DNA of 64,000 nucleotides from Cytophagales bacterium (GTDB lineage: Bacteria > Bacteroidota > Bacteroidia > Cytophagales > CCMP332). Both the position numbers and the translations under genes were made by a program. Location of the stretch: NCBI GenBank assembly GCA_965267555.1, contig OZ254083.1, positions 1,627,985-1,691,984 on the forward strand, in the 5' to 3' direction. Position 1 is the stretch's first letter; every line of letters starts with the position of its first letter. Below are positions 38,318 through 46,980 of the stretch, one piece after another. The notes beneath the pieces were generated by a model. That model had not been told where the DNA came from and ran no database searches. It saw only the letters and a program-made list of their open reading frames with translations.

Positions 38318-40723
38318 TTGAACGAATTTCAAAATACTGATCAGGAGGAAAAACAGGGTATTGGAATTATTCAGAAAGTACTTCTAAGTGCACTTTCTAA
38401 ATGGTACTGGATTGCTTTGTGCGTAATCGTATTTTTAACAGCTGCTTTTCTATACAACCGGTATACCACACCTATTTACCAGGTTTCCGCCTCTCTTGTA
38501 AAGGTAAAAGATCCTGAAAGTGAGAGTATTTTTTCAACCGGGAAATCTGCCGGTATTTTCCGTTCCGATGCAAGCGATGTGGAACGCGAATTAAGGATAA
38601 TAAAATCTCAAAAAAATATTGAAGAAGCCTTAAATGAATTGGATTTTCATTTTAGTGTTTACAGAGCCGGTGAAATTAAAACGACTGAAATCTATCCTCA
38701 TAATTATTTTTGGATTGAAATAGATTCAAATTCAACAAAGATTCCTTACGGAGAACTTTTTGAGTTTACCAATCTCAAGGATAATTCATCGTTTTCCTTA
38801 AATCCCTTAAGTGAACAAAGCGAATTTGCAGGTTTAGCGAAGAGCACTTTTACGTTTGGAAAGTGGTTTAATATCAATGGTTGTAAACTCAGAGTTCAAA
38901 AAATCACAAATAGCGACCTTTCTAAGACAAGTGATGATTTCCTTTTTAAATTCAACGATCCGGAACGAAACATTAATCTATACAACAATCAGCTAAGACT
39001 GCGAAGTGATAAAAATTCCAATAATATTTTTCACTTTGCTTTCAATTCTACTACGCCTCATAAGGACATGGCTTTTTTGGAAACCCTGATAAAGGTTGTC
39101 CGAAAAAACAACCTGAGCGAAAAAAACAGGGATGCTTCAAATTCTTTAAACTTTATTGAGGCTCAATTATCAAAACTAACTGACACTTTAAGTTATTTCA
39201 GAGGAAAAATTGATGAATACAAGATTAAAAATCTTGACTTCGGCAATGGATCAAATTTAATATTGGATAAGATCAACAGGCTTGAAGAGAGCAAATCGGA
39301 ATTGCTCCTTAGAAAAAATTATTATGAATACCTGGAAAATTATGTAAGACAAAAAAGAGATGAGGAAATATTTGCTCCGATGGTAATCGGTATTGATGAC
39401 CCCCTTCTCGATGCATTGGCATTAGAGTATATTGAAATTAAAAAAGAAGCGCGATTATTGAAAAATGAAAAAAACAAGGAAAATCCTTATCTCAATTATG
39501 AAGAAAATGTGGTACAAAGAATTGAAAAAAACATAATCGAAAACGTCACCAACCTTCAAGCAGACAATCAAAAAAAGCTTGTTGAAACCGAATCCAAAAT
39601 CAATTTTTATATATCCTCATTAAAAGGTTTACAGGAAGAGCAAAGGGATTTATACGAAATTCAGCAATTGTCTGAGCTAAATTCTCAACTGGTTGAACTC
39701 TTACTTCAAAAGAAAACAGAAATAAGCATCAGTAAATCGGCGAACAGTTCTGATTATGATATACTCGACAATCCAAAATATGTCGATGATCCTCTTATTC
39801 CGGATAAGGAAAGGAATCTATTAATTGCATTAGCTATTGGATTAGGGATTCCCTTTGGCTTTATTTATTTGAGGGAAGCCTTAAATAACAGAGTTAAATA
39901 TAAGGATGATCTTCTCAGCCTTACCGATATTCCACTCATTGGTGTTATAGGGCATAGTAAGCATTCCAATAATCTTGTGGTTACAGAAAAACCCAAATCA
40001 GTTGTATCTGAATCTTTTAGAGCTATCCGTTCAAATATTCATTTTCTTCAGGCAGGTGAAGAAGGCGGTGTTTTCCTTGTAACATCCAGTATTAGTGGTG
40101 AAGGAAAAACTTTTTGTTCAATCAATCTCGCACAAGTCTTTTCATTATCTGAAAAAAAAGTATTGCTCATAGGGGCAGATATGCGCAAACCCAAAATATA
40201 CGATGATTTTGGTATATCCAATGACTACGGATTGTCTTCATTTCTAAGCGGCGATATGAAACTGAATGAAGTTATCCAAAAAACCAGGTTTCCGAGTTTG
40301 GATATCATCAGTGCCGGAATAATTCCGCCAAACCCATCTGAATTGCTTATGAGCGATCGGATGCAAGAAGCCGTGAAAAATTTGAGGGAAGATTACGAGT
40401 ATATCATCATAGATTCTCCTCCTGTAGGCCTGGTGACAGATGCCAAAATCCTTATGGAAAGGGCAGATCAAACAATTTACATCGTAAGACAGAATGTTTC
40501 TCCCATTGAGGCGATTAAAAACCTTGACCAGGATTATCAGACAGGAAAAATAAATCATATTTCCATGATTCTCAATGATCTTTCGATGAAGAAAGGCGGC
40601 TATGGTTATGGCTATGGTTACGGATATGGTTACGGCTATGGCTATGGCTATGGTTATGGCTACTACGAAGACGACCACAAAAAGAAGAAAGGTGTTTTTA
40701 ACCGGCTGTTTGGAAAGGGCTGA
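38318..40723 (+). CDS. wzc: Polysaccharide co-polymerase / BY-kinase (Wzc-like)
   Basis: Two TM segments, SESFRAIRSN, Walker A TSSISGEGKT, GADMRKP, IIIDSPPV, C-terminal Tyr cluster; TTG start. Confidence 0.93.
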   Translation: MNEFQNTDQEEKQGIGIIQKVLLSALSKWYWIALCVIVFLTAAFLYNRYTTPIYQVSASLVKVKDPESESIFSTGKSAGIFRSDASDVERELRIIKSQKNIEEALNELDFHFSVYRAGEIKTTEIYPHNYFWIEIDSNSTKIPYGELFEFTNLKDNSSFSLNPLSEQSEFAGLAKSTFTFGKWFNINGCKLRVQKITNSDLSKTSDDFLFKFNDPERNINLYNNQLRLRSDKNSNNIFHFAFNSTTPHKDMAFLETLIKVVRKNNLSEKNRDASNSLNFIEAQLSKLTDTLSYFRGKIDEYKIKNLDFGNGSNLILDKINRLEESKSELLLRKNYYEYLENYVRQKRDEEIFAPMVIGIDDPLLDALALEYIEIKKEARLLKNEKNKENPYLNYEENVVQRIEKNIIENVTNLQADNQKKLVETESKINFYISSLKGLQEEQRDLYEIQQLSELNSQLVELLLQKKTEISISKSANSSDYDILDNPKYVDDPLIPDKERNLLIALAIGLGIPFGFIYLREALNNRVKYKDDLLSLTDIPLIGVIGHSKHSNNLVVTEKPKSVVSESFRAIRSNIHFLQAGEEGGVFLVTSSISGEGKTFCSINLAQVFSLSEKKVLLIGADMRKPKIYDDFGISNDYGLSSFLSGDMKLNEVIQKTRFPSLDIISAGIIPPNPSELLMSDRMQEAVKNLREDYEYIIIDSPPVGLVTDAKILMERADQTIYIVRQNVSPIEAIKNLDQDYQTGKINHISMILNDLSMKKGGYGYGYGYGYGYGYGYGYGYGYYEDDHKKKKGVFNRLFGKG
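40601..40666 (+). repeat. (TAYGGN)x10 + TACTAC encoding (YG)10-YY
   Basis: Read directly from the sequence; synonymous variation between units. Confidence 0.95.
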
Positions 40724-40731
40724 TTAGGATT

Positions 40732-41787
40732 ATGAAACTACTTCTCACCGGCGTTGCGGGCTTTATTGGATATCACACAGCTTTTAAATTACTTCAAGAG
40801 GGGCATGAAATTATCGGCCTCGATAATCTCAACACCTATTACGATGTGGATCTTAAGTTAAGGCGATTGGAATCACTGGGGATTAGTGCTTCTCAAATTT
40901 CCGATGATGAAGTTTTGCACAGTGATAATTTTAAAAATTTCAACTTTGTAAAAATTGACATTACAAATAAACATGAGCTGGTTGATCTCATCTCAAATAC
41001 CAATCCCGAAGTCATTATTCACTTAGCCGCACAGGCAGGGGTGCGTTATTCACTTGATCATCCTGAAAAATATCTCGAAAGTAATGTTCATGGATTTTTA
41101 AATCTCCTTGAAGCAATCAGGGAAAGGCCAATTAAGCATTTCATATTTGCTTCCAGTTCTTCTGTATACGGTCTTAATAAGGAAATACCGTTTAAAACGC
41201 ATCACCATACGGATCATCCCATTTCCCTTTATGCAGCCACTAAAAAAAGCAATGAAATGATGGCGCATACCTATAGCCACCTGTTTAATATTCCCATGAC
41301 AGGATTGAGGTTTTTTACGGTATACGGACCCTGGGGAAGACCTGATATGGCCATGTTCATTTTCACCAAAAACATATTGGAAGGAAAAGAAATTAAAGTC
41401 TATAATGAAGGGAAAATGAGCAGGGATTTTACGTATATCAGCGATATTGTTGATTCTATCAATAAGCTGATCGATAAAGTTCCGGAAGGCAAAAACTCAA
41501 ATGTCCAAAAGAATTTAGCGCCAAACGAAAGCACTGCTGCCTATCAATTATTTAATATTGGCTATAACGGCCCCACCAAATTGATGGACTTTATCAAAGC
41601 CATCGAAAAACATACGGGTAAAAAGGCAAAAATCAATTTTCAACCCTTACAGGCGGGTGATGTGGAAAATACGTTTGCCGATGTATCGGATTTATTTGAT
41701 TACATCGATTTCAAACCAAAAGTAGGGGTGGATGAAGGTGTTAAGAAATTTGTGGAATGGTACAAAGAATACTATTCCCGGATGTAA
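40732..41787 (+). CDS. NAD-dependent UDP-uronate 4-epimerase (GAE/CapI-like)
   Basis: TGVAGFIG, HLAAQAGVRYS, ASSSSVYG, YAATKK, RFFTVYGPWGRPDMA, QAGDV. Confidence 0.92.
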   Translation: MKLLLTGVAGFIGYHTAFKLLQEGHEIIGLDNLNTYYDVDLKLRRLESLGISASQISDDEVLHSDNFKNFNFVKIDITNKHELVDLISNTNPEVIIHLAAQAGVRYSLDHPEKYLESNVHGFLNLLEAIRERPIKHFIFASSSSVYGLNKEIPFKTHHHTDHPISLYAATKKSNEMMAHTYSHLFNIPMTGLRFFTVYGPWGRPDMAMFIFTKNILEGKEIKVYNEGKMSRDFTYISDIVDSINKLIDKVPEGKNSNVQKNLAPNESTAAYQLFNIGYNGPTKLMDFIKAIEKHTGKKAKINFQPLQAGDVENTFADVSDLFDYIDFKPKVGVDEGVKKFVEWYKEYYSRM

Positions 41788-42032
41788 TCCGGGATCTTCT
41801 GAAATTTTAGAGCTGGCAAATTAGTATAGAGTTTAATATTTAAAGTTTACCCCACAGTCATTATGGGCTTTAATCGCTTATCCAGAAAGGAATCGGAAGT
41901 TTAAAGTTGATTTGTTTATGGTTAATAGTTTTTAAGTCTACATATTCAACATTCTCTTATACCTATATCATATGACTATTCCCGGAAATAATCCGGGATC
42001 CCCTGAATTGTAAAACCAAGAAATTAGTATAG
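41771..42032. repeat. Two ~58-bp imperfect direct repeats (41771-41829, 41975-42032), each containing a TCCCGGA-N5-TCCGGGA palindrome
   Basis: ACTATTCCCGGA-tgtaa/aataa-TCCGGGATC...AAATTAGTATAG read in both copies. Confidence 0.85.
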
Positions 42033-42103
42033 TATTGAAGCATTGCATTCACAATACTTCAGTAGATAATCTGCGGATGTATGTTTCCCATTTTTAATAG
42101 GGA

Positions 42104-42238
42104 GTTGAATTGTTGAATCAATTAATTATTAGTGAGCAATTGCATTTTATTTCCAAGAATGAGCTCGATAATTTGAGACTAGAAATTGATAAAGTCTCCA
42201 ACAAATTGAACGCACTTCAAAAGTCTAGACTTCAATAA
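42104..42238 (+). pseudogene. 3' remnant of a four-helix-bundle protein gene
   Basis: VELLNQLIISEQLHFISKNELDNLRLEIDKVSNKLNALQKSRLQ*; in-frame TAA TAG at 42095-42100 and no start codon. Confidence 0.75.
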
Positions 42239-42261
42239 TTTTTTAGTCATTTCATTTAGTA

Positions 42262-42269
42262 TAATTTTG
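42262..42269 (+). promoter_or_regulatory. Internal -7 promoter motif TAATTTTG upstream of the wbpB-like gene
   Basis: Exact TAnnTTTG match 52 bp before the TTG start. Confidence 0.45.
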
Positions 42270-42321
42270 CTTAGTCGATCGAAACGATGAAACAAATCAA
42301 CATTTAAACATTTCAACATCA

Positions 42322-43287
42322 TTGAAAAACTTTGCACTCATCGGTGCTGCCGGCTACATAGCACCTCGTCATTTAAAAGCCATTAAAGAAACCGGAAATA
42401 AATTAAGCGCTGCGGTTGACAAACACGATTGTGTTGGCATCATGGATTCGTTTTTCCCAAATGCGGCTTTTTTCACGGAATTTGAACGATTTGACAGACA
42501 TTTGGAAAAGGAAAAAAGAGAACATCATCAGGCGGACTACATCAGTATTTGCACGCCGAATTATATGCACGATGCCCATATCCGCTTTGCCTTGCGATAT
42601 GGTGCGGATGCTATATGTGAAAAACCATTGGTACTGAATCCCTGGAACGTGGATCATTTAATGCAATTACAAAGGGAGTCAGACAAAAAAGTATACAATA
42701 TTTTGCAATTAAGGCTTCACCCAAGTGTCATTGCACTAAAGAAAAAAATTGAGTCTGAACCGAATAAAATCCATGACATCGATCTTACCTATATTACCTC
42801 TCGTGGCAACTGGTATTATGCTTCATGGAAAGGCGATATCAATAAATCAGGTGGAATTGCTACGAATATTGGAATTCATTTTTTTGACATGCTCATGTGG
42901 ATTTTCGGGCCGGTTCAAAGCCGCAAAATTCACTTGCACGAACACGACCGTGCAAGCGGTTTCCTGGTGTTGAAAAATGCAAGGGTCCGCTGGTTTTTAA
43001 GCATCAATGCCGATACATTACCGGATTCAGTTCGAAAAGAAGGACTGACAACATACAGATCACTTTCAATTGAAGGCGAAGAATTTGAATTTAGCAAAGG
43101 TTTCAACGATTTACACACCAGAAGCTATGAAAATATTGTTTCCGGAAAGGGATTTGAACTTTCAGAAGCGCGGCCATCAATCGAGGAAGTATATGAAATC
43201 CGTCAGGCTGCTAAAAGCCCTTTAAAAGAAGATTATCATCCTTTGGCAAAACTTCAACTTGCAAAACACCCCTTTAGCAAAGCCTGA
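42322..43287 (+). CDS. wbpB: Gfo/Idh/MocA oxidoreductase, WbpB/WlbA-like UDP-GlcNAcA 3-dehydrogenase
   Basis: FALIGAAGYIAPRHLKAI, ICTPNYMHDAH, CEKPLV, NILQLRLHP, YITSRGNWY, GGIATNIGIHFFDML. Confidence 0.9.
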   Translation: MKNFALIGAAGYIAPRHLKAIKETGNKLSAAVDKHDCVGIMDSFFPNAAFFTEFERFDRHLEKEKREHHQADYISICTPNYMHDAHIRFALRYGADAICEKPLVLNPWNVDHLMQLQRESDKKVYNILQLRLHPSVIALKKKIESEPNKIHDIDLTYITSRGNWYYASWKGDINKSGGIATNIGIHFFDMLMWIFGPVQSRKIHLHEHDRASGFLVLKNARVRWFLSINADTLPDSVRKEGLTTYRSLSIEGEEFEFSKGFNDLHTRSYENIVSGKGFELSEARPSIEEVYEIRQAAKSPLKEDYHPLAKLQLAKHPFSKA

Positions 43288-43289
43288 AA

Positions 43290-43805
43290 ATGTCAGAAAA
43301 AAAATGGCTTGTGTTCTATACCAAAAGCAGACATGAAAAAAAATGTCTGGATCTTTTATTACGCAGAGGATTCGAAGCCTGGCTGCCCATGGTAAAAGAA
43401 TTGCGTCAATGGTCTGACCGAAAGAAAAAAGTAGAGGCCCCTCTCTTCCGCTCTTACATATTTGTCTACCTAGAAGAACATCAGCTGAGGGAAGTACTTC
43501 AATTGCCGGGTATTTCCTGGAATATCCGCCACAATGATAAACCGGCTGTCTTACATGAAAAAGACAAAAAAATAATTGAACAGGTTTTAGACTCGGGTTA
43601 TGCAATAGAAGAAGAATCTGAAATAAGCGATTTTATAAGCGGACAAAAAGTACTGATCACCTCAGGCGCCTTAAAAAACAACCGAGCCATTGTAATTGGT
43701 AAGGATGATCCATATATTCTTATACAACTCGAGAGTATTGATAAAAATATACGCGTAAAGCTTCCATTTGATGTATTAAAACCCGATAATTCATTTAATG
43801 AGTAA
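43290..43805 (+). CDS. upxY: UpxY/RfaH-type NusG paralogue (antiterminator)
   Basis: WLVFYTKSRHEKK, RQWSDRKKKVEAPLFRSYIFV, KOW-like GQKVLITSGALKN. Confidence 0.9.
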   Translation: MSEKKWLVFYTKSRHEKKCLDLLLRRGFEAWLPMVKELRQWSDRKKKVEAPLFRSYIFVYLEEHQLREVLQLPGISWNIRHNDKPAVLHEKDKKIIEQVLDSGYAIEEESEISDFISGQKVLITSGALKNNRAIVIGKDDPYILIQLESIDKNIRVKLPFDVLKPDNSFNE

Positions 43806-43899
43806 AAAAACTACTCATATCTTGTTTTTTATAATTCGTAATTCGTAATTTGACATTTAATCAATGAAGCCATTGCGAAGTTGATTGTAATTGATTGAA

Positions 43900-44430
43900 T
43901 TGCTCGAGACACTTATTACATCTAAGACCAGAATAAAATTGCTGGTCAAATTCTTTTCAAATGCGCATAGCAAGGGATATCTGCGAAGTTTAGCCAATGA
44001 ATTTGGTGAATCCACAAATGCGATCCGTTTGGAACTCAATAATTTAAGCGAAGCCGGATTTTTAGTTTCCGAAGAAGCCGGAAGAACCATAGAATACCGA
44101 GCAAACAGCAAACACCCGCTTTTTCCCGAATTAAAAAACCTTGCCATGAAATATTTGGGTCTGGATAAGATAGCTGAAGAGGTGGTTCAAAAATTAGGGG
44201 AGGTAAAAGGCGCATTTATACACGGAGATTATACCAAAGGGATAGATTCTGGCTTGATTGATTTGGTTTTGATAGGCCAGGTAAATAGAGAAAATCTTCA
44301 TCGATTAGTTGTAAAAGCTGAAAAGATGATAAAAAGAAAAATCAGGGCCATGGTACTTTCGGAAGAGGAGTATATTGGCTTAAAGGATAAATTGGAAGCA
44401 GATCAGGCCATTTGGTTGTGGAGGGCATAG
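43900..44430 (+). CDS. Winged-helix (ArsR-like) regulator with C-terminal nucleotidyltransferase-like domain
   Basis: MLETLITSKTRIKLL, YLRSLANEFGESTNAIRLELN, YRAN..HPLFPEL, GDYTKGIDSGLIDLVLIG; TTG at 43900. Confidence 0.78.
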   Translation: MLETLITSKTRIKLLVKFFSNAHSKGYLRSLANEFGESTNAIRLELNNLSEAGFLVSEEAGRTIEYRANSKHPLFPELKNLAMKYLGLDKIAEEVVQKLGEVKGAFIHGDYTKGIDSGLIDLVLIGQVNRENLHRLVVKAEKMIKRKIRAMVLSEEEYIGLKDKLEADQAIWLWRA

Positions 44431-44452
44431 ACGATTGACGATGGATTAAAAC

Positions 44453-44468
44453 GACAATGGCCATTGTC
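44453..44468. repeat. Perfect 16-bp palindrome inside a nested inverted repeat
   Basis: GACAATGG|CCATTGTC with outer arms GACGATGGA (44437-45) and TCCATTGTC (44474-82). Confidence 0.85.
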
Positions 44469-44684
44469 TATCCTCCATTGTCCAATTGAATCCTTCAGTT
44501 GAAACCAGACAACTGATTGAATTGTGAGTCCTGATAAAATATCCCACTTGGTTCATGTGACCGAGGAGGCGAAGCTGTGTCTGAGCGAAAGTCGGAATTA
44601 GAAATTAATAATTACAAATGAGGACTGAATCACATAAACACTGTAAGCCTGTATTTATTGCTGGGTAAACCTTAAACAAGCAAT

Positions 44685-45512
44685 TTGGAAAATAAACTAA
44701 TAACCACGATCAAACCTCAAAAAGGTTGGCAACTGATAGACATCAGAGAAATTATCAGATACAAAGACCTCTTGTATTTCCTTGTACTAAGAGGAATTAA
44801 AGCCAAATATGCGCAATCTGTTTTAGGTGTGAGCTGGGCCGTAATCCAACCATTGGTTCAAACGGTTGTTTTTACGTTGATTTTTGGAAAATTGGCGCGA
44901 TTGGGTAGTGATGGTGTGCCATACATCCTTTTCAGTTTTGCAGCCATGGTACCCTGGCATTATTTCAGTGGTATGCTTACCGAATCCTCAAATAGCCTGA
45001 CAGCAAATAAAGCTTTATTATCCAAAGTATATTTCCCGCGTCTGATATTACCACTCTCTGCCGTCTTTACTAAATTTATTGATTTCTCTATTGGGTTTGT
45101 TGTGATGATAGCCTTGTTTCTATACTACAATTTTATTCCATCATTCAACATCATATACTTGCCTCTTCTTTTACTAATAATGGTTCTTACATCAATTGGG
45201 GCAGGCATGATTTTATCTGCTCTGGCAGTTCAGTTCAGGGATGTGAACCACGCCATGTCATTTATGGTAAGAATTTTAATGTATTCGGCGCCCGTAGTCT
45301 ATTCCATATCTATTATTCCGGAAAAATATTTGTATTTCTACGCCCTCAATCCTATGGTAGGTGTAATTGAAGGAATGCGTTCTTCATTTCTTGGTACCAA
45401 AGCAATGCCCTGGGATTTAATCGGCATAGGCGCCATTGTATCAGTTTTTCTTTTTGTTTTTGGCTCATTTTACTTTCGTAAAATGGAAAGAAATTTTGCA
45501 GATGTGGCCTGA
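44685..45512 (+). CDS. wzm: ABC-2 polysaccharide exporter permease (Wzm)
   Basis: RYKDLLYFL, KYAQSVLGVSWAVIQP, LLSKVYFPR, FRDV, PVVYS, LNPM, FADV C-terminus. Confidence 0.93.
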   Translation: MENKLITTIKPQKGWQLIDIREIIRYKDLLYFLVLRGIKAKYAQSVLGVSWAVIQPLVQTVVFTLIFGKLARLGSDGVPYILFSFAAMVPWHYFSGMLTESSNSLTANKALLSKVYFPRLILPLSAVFTKFIDFSIGFVVMIALFLYYNFIPSFNIIYLPLLLLIMVLTSIGAGMILSALAVQFRDVNHAMSFMVRILMYSAPVVYSISIIPEKYLYFYALNPMVGVIEGMRSSFLGTKAMPWDLIGIGAIVSVFLFVFGSFYFRKMERNFADVA

Positions 45513-45534
45513 TACAATTTTCAAATTGAAATAG

Positions 45535-46980
45535 ATGCTATTTAATTCCATTGATTTTGCCGTATTTCTTCCAATCGTTTTTGGAATTTACTGGCTGCTT
45601 AGAAAAAAGCTGCAATGGCAAAATCTCTTTGTGGTTATTGCCAGCTATGTTTTCTACGGTTGGTGGGATTGGCGTTTTCTATCGCTGATAATATTCAGCA
45701 CCCTGGTAGATTATTTGGTGGGTCTTCGAATGGAAAAGACTTCCACCAAACAAAACCGCAAGTATTTGCTGATTCTGAGCCTTTTGACCAATCTGGGATT
45801 GCTCGGATTCTTTAAATACTATAATTTTTTCCTTGATAATTTCACGACGGCCTTCTCATTTTTTGGTACGGAGATCAACGGCGATTCACTGGATATTGTA
45901 TTACCGGTAGGCATTAGTTTCTATACCTTTCAAACCTTGAGTTATACCATTGATATCTACCGCAATAATTTAAAACCGACACGTGATTTACTGGCATTTG
46001 CGGCCTTTGTTAGTTTTTTTCCACAGCTTGTAGCCGGTCCTATTGAACGTGCGGTACATCTCTTGCCGCAATTTTTCAATAAACGCGTTTTTGACTATGG
46101 CCTTGCCGTGGATGGCTGTCGGCAGATATTGTGGGGTTTGTTTAAAAAGGTGGTGATTGCAGACAATTGCGCCTATTATGTCAATATGATTTTCGACAGT
46201 CCGGAGAGCTATTCGGGGAGTACATTGTTATTAGGGGCAGTACTTTTTGCATTTCAGATCTACGGTGACTTTTCAGGTTATTCCGACATCGCCATCGGTA
46301 CGGCGCGATTGTTTGGATTTGACCTGATGAAAAATTTTGCCTTTCCCTATTTCTCCAGAGACATTGCAGAATTCTGGCGGCGTTGGCACATTTCCTTATC
46401 CACCTGGTTCCGCGATTACCTTTATATTCCTTTAGGTGGGAGCAAAGGTTCCAAATGGATGCAGATAAGGAACATCATGATCATATTTGTGGTCAGTGGT
46501 TTTTGGCATGGAGCGAATTGGACTTTTATTGTTTGGGGTGCCTTAAATGCTATTTATTTTTTACCATTAATGATATTGGGGCAGAATCGAAAAAATCTGG
46601 ATACGGCAGGAGAGGGAAGCCTCTTTCCCGGCCTCAAAACCATCTTTTCCATCGGACTTACATTTCTGATCACATGTCTGGCATGGATATTTTTTAGATC
46701 GGAATCCATCGCTCATGCCATGGATTATTACAGCCATATGTTGAGTTTAGACATATTTTCTGTGCCTTTCACAAAGGATTACCTTTTTCTTAAGGTATTA
46801 ATGCTTTTGATATTGGTTTTCACTTTGATAGAATGGCAGGGCCGGAAGGATGAATTTGCAATTCAAAAAATGTTTGGTTTAAAATCCAGAATATTGCGTT
46901 GGACGGCTTACTATGCAATAGTATTTGCTATAATCCTGTTGGCCGGAAAACAAGAGGAATTTATTTATTTTCAATTCTAG
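45535..46980 (+). CDS. MBOAT O-acyltransferase (AlgI/PatA-like)
   Basis: LPVGISFYTFQ, FFPQLVAGPIER, QIYGDFSGYSDIA, FWRRWHISLSTWFRDYLYIPLGG, SGFWHGA (catalytic His), FIYFQF. Confidence 0.95.
   Translation: MLFNSIDFAVFLPIVFGIYWLLRKKLQWQNLFVVIASYVFYGWWDWRFLSLIIFSTLVDYLVGLRMEKTSTKQNRKYLLILSLLTNLGLLGFFKYYNFFLDNFTTAFSFFGTEINGDSLDIVLPVGISFYTFQTLSYTIDIYRNNLKPTRDLLAFAAFVSFFPQLVAGPIERAVHLLPQFFNKRVFDYGLAVDGCRQILWGLFKKVVIADNCAYYVNMIFDSPESYSGSTLLLGAVLFAFQIYGDFSGYSDIAIGTARLFGFDLMKNFAFPYFSRDIAEFWRRWHISLSTWFRDYLYIPLGGSKGSKWMQIRNIMIIFVVSGFWHGANWTFIVWGALNAIYFLPLMILGQNRKNLDTAGEGSLFPGLKTIFSIGLTFLITCLAWIFFRSESIAHAMDYYSHMLSLDIFSVPFTKDYLFLKVLMLLILVFTLIEWQGRKDEFAIQKMFGLKSRILRWTAYYAIVFAIILLAGKQEEFIYFQF

Noticed and set aside
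40244-40678. 144-aa minus-strand ORF with a VAITIAIAIA run
   Set aside because: Antisense shadow of the wzc (YG)n repeat
41830-41974. Possible transposase or wbpA remnant (minus-strand EYVDLKTINHKQ...)
   Set aside because: Too short, interrupted by stops, and no convincing motif
41771-42032. Palindromic direct repeats as a mini-CRISPR or integron attC sites
   Set aside because: Only two divergent copies with a ~145-bp interval, no cas or integrase gene, and no GTTRRRY/RYYYAAC boxes
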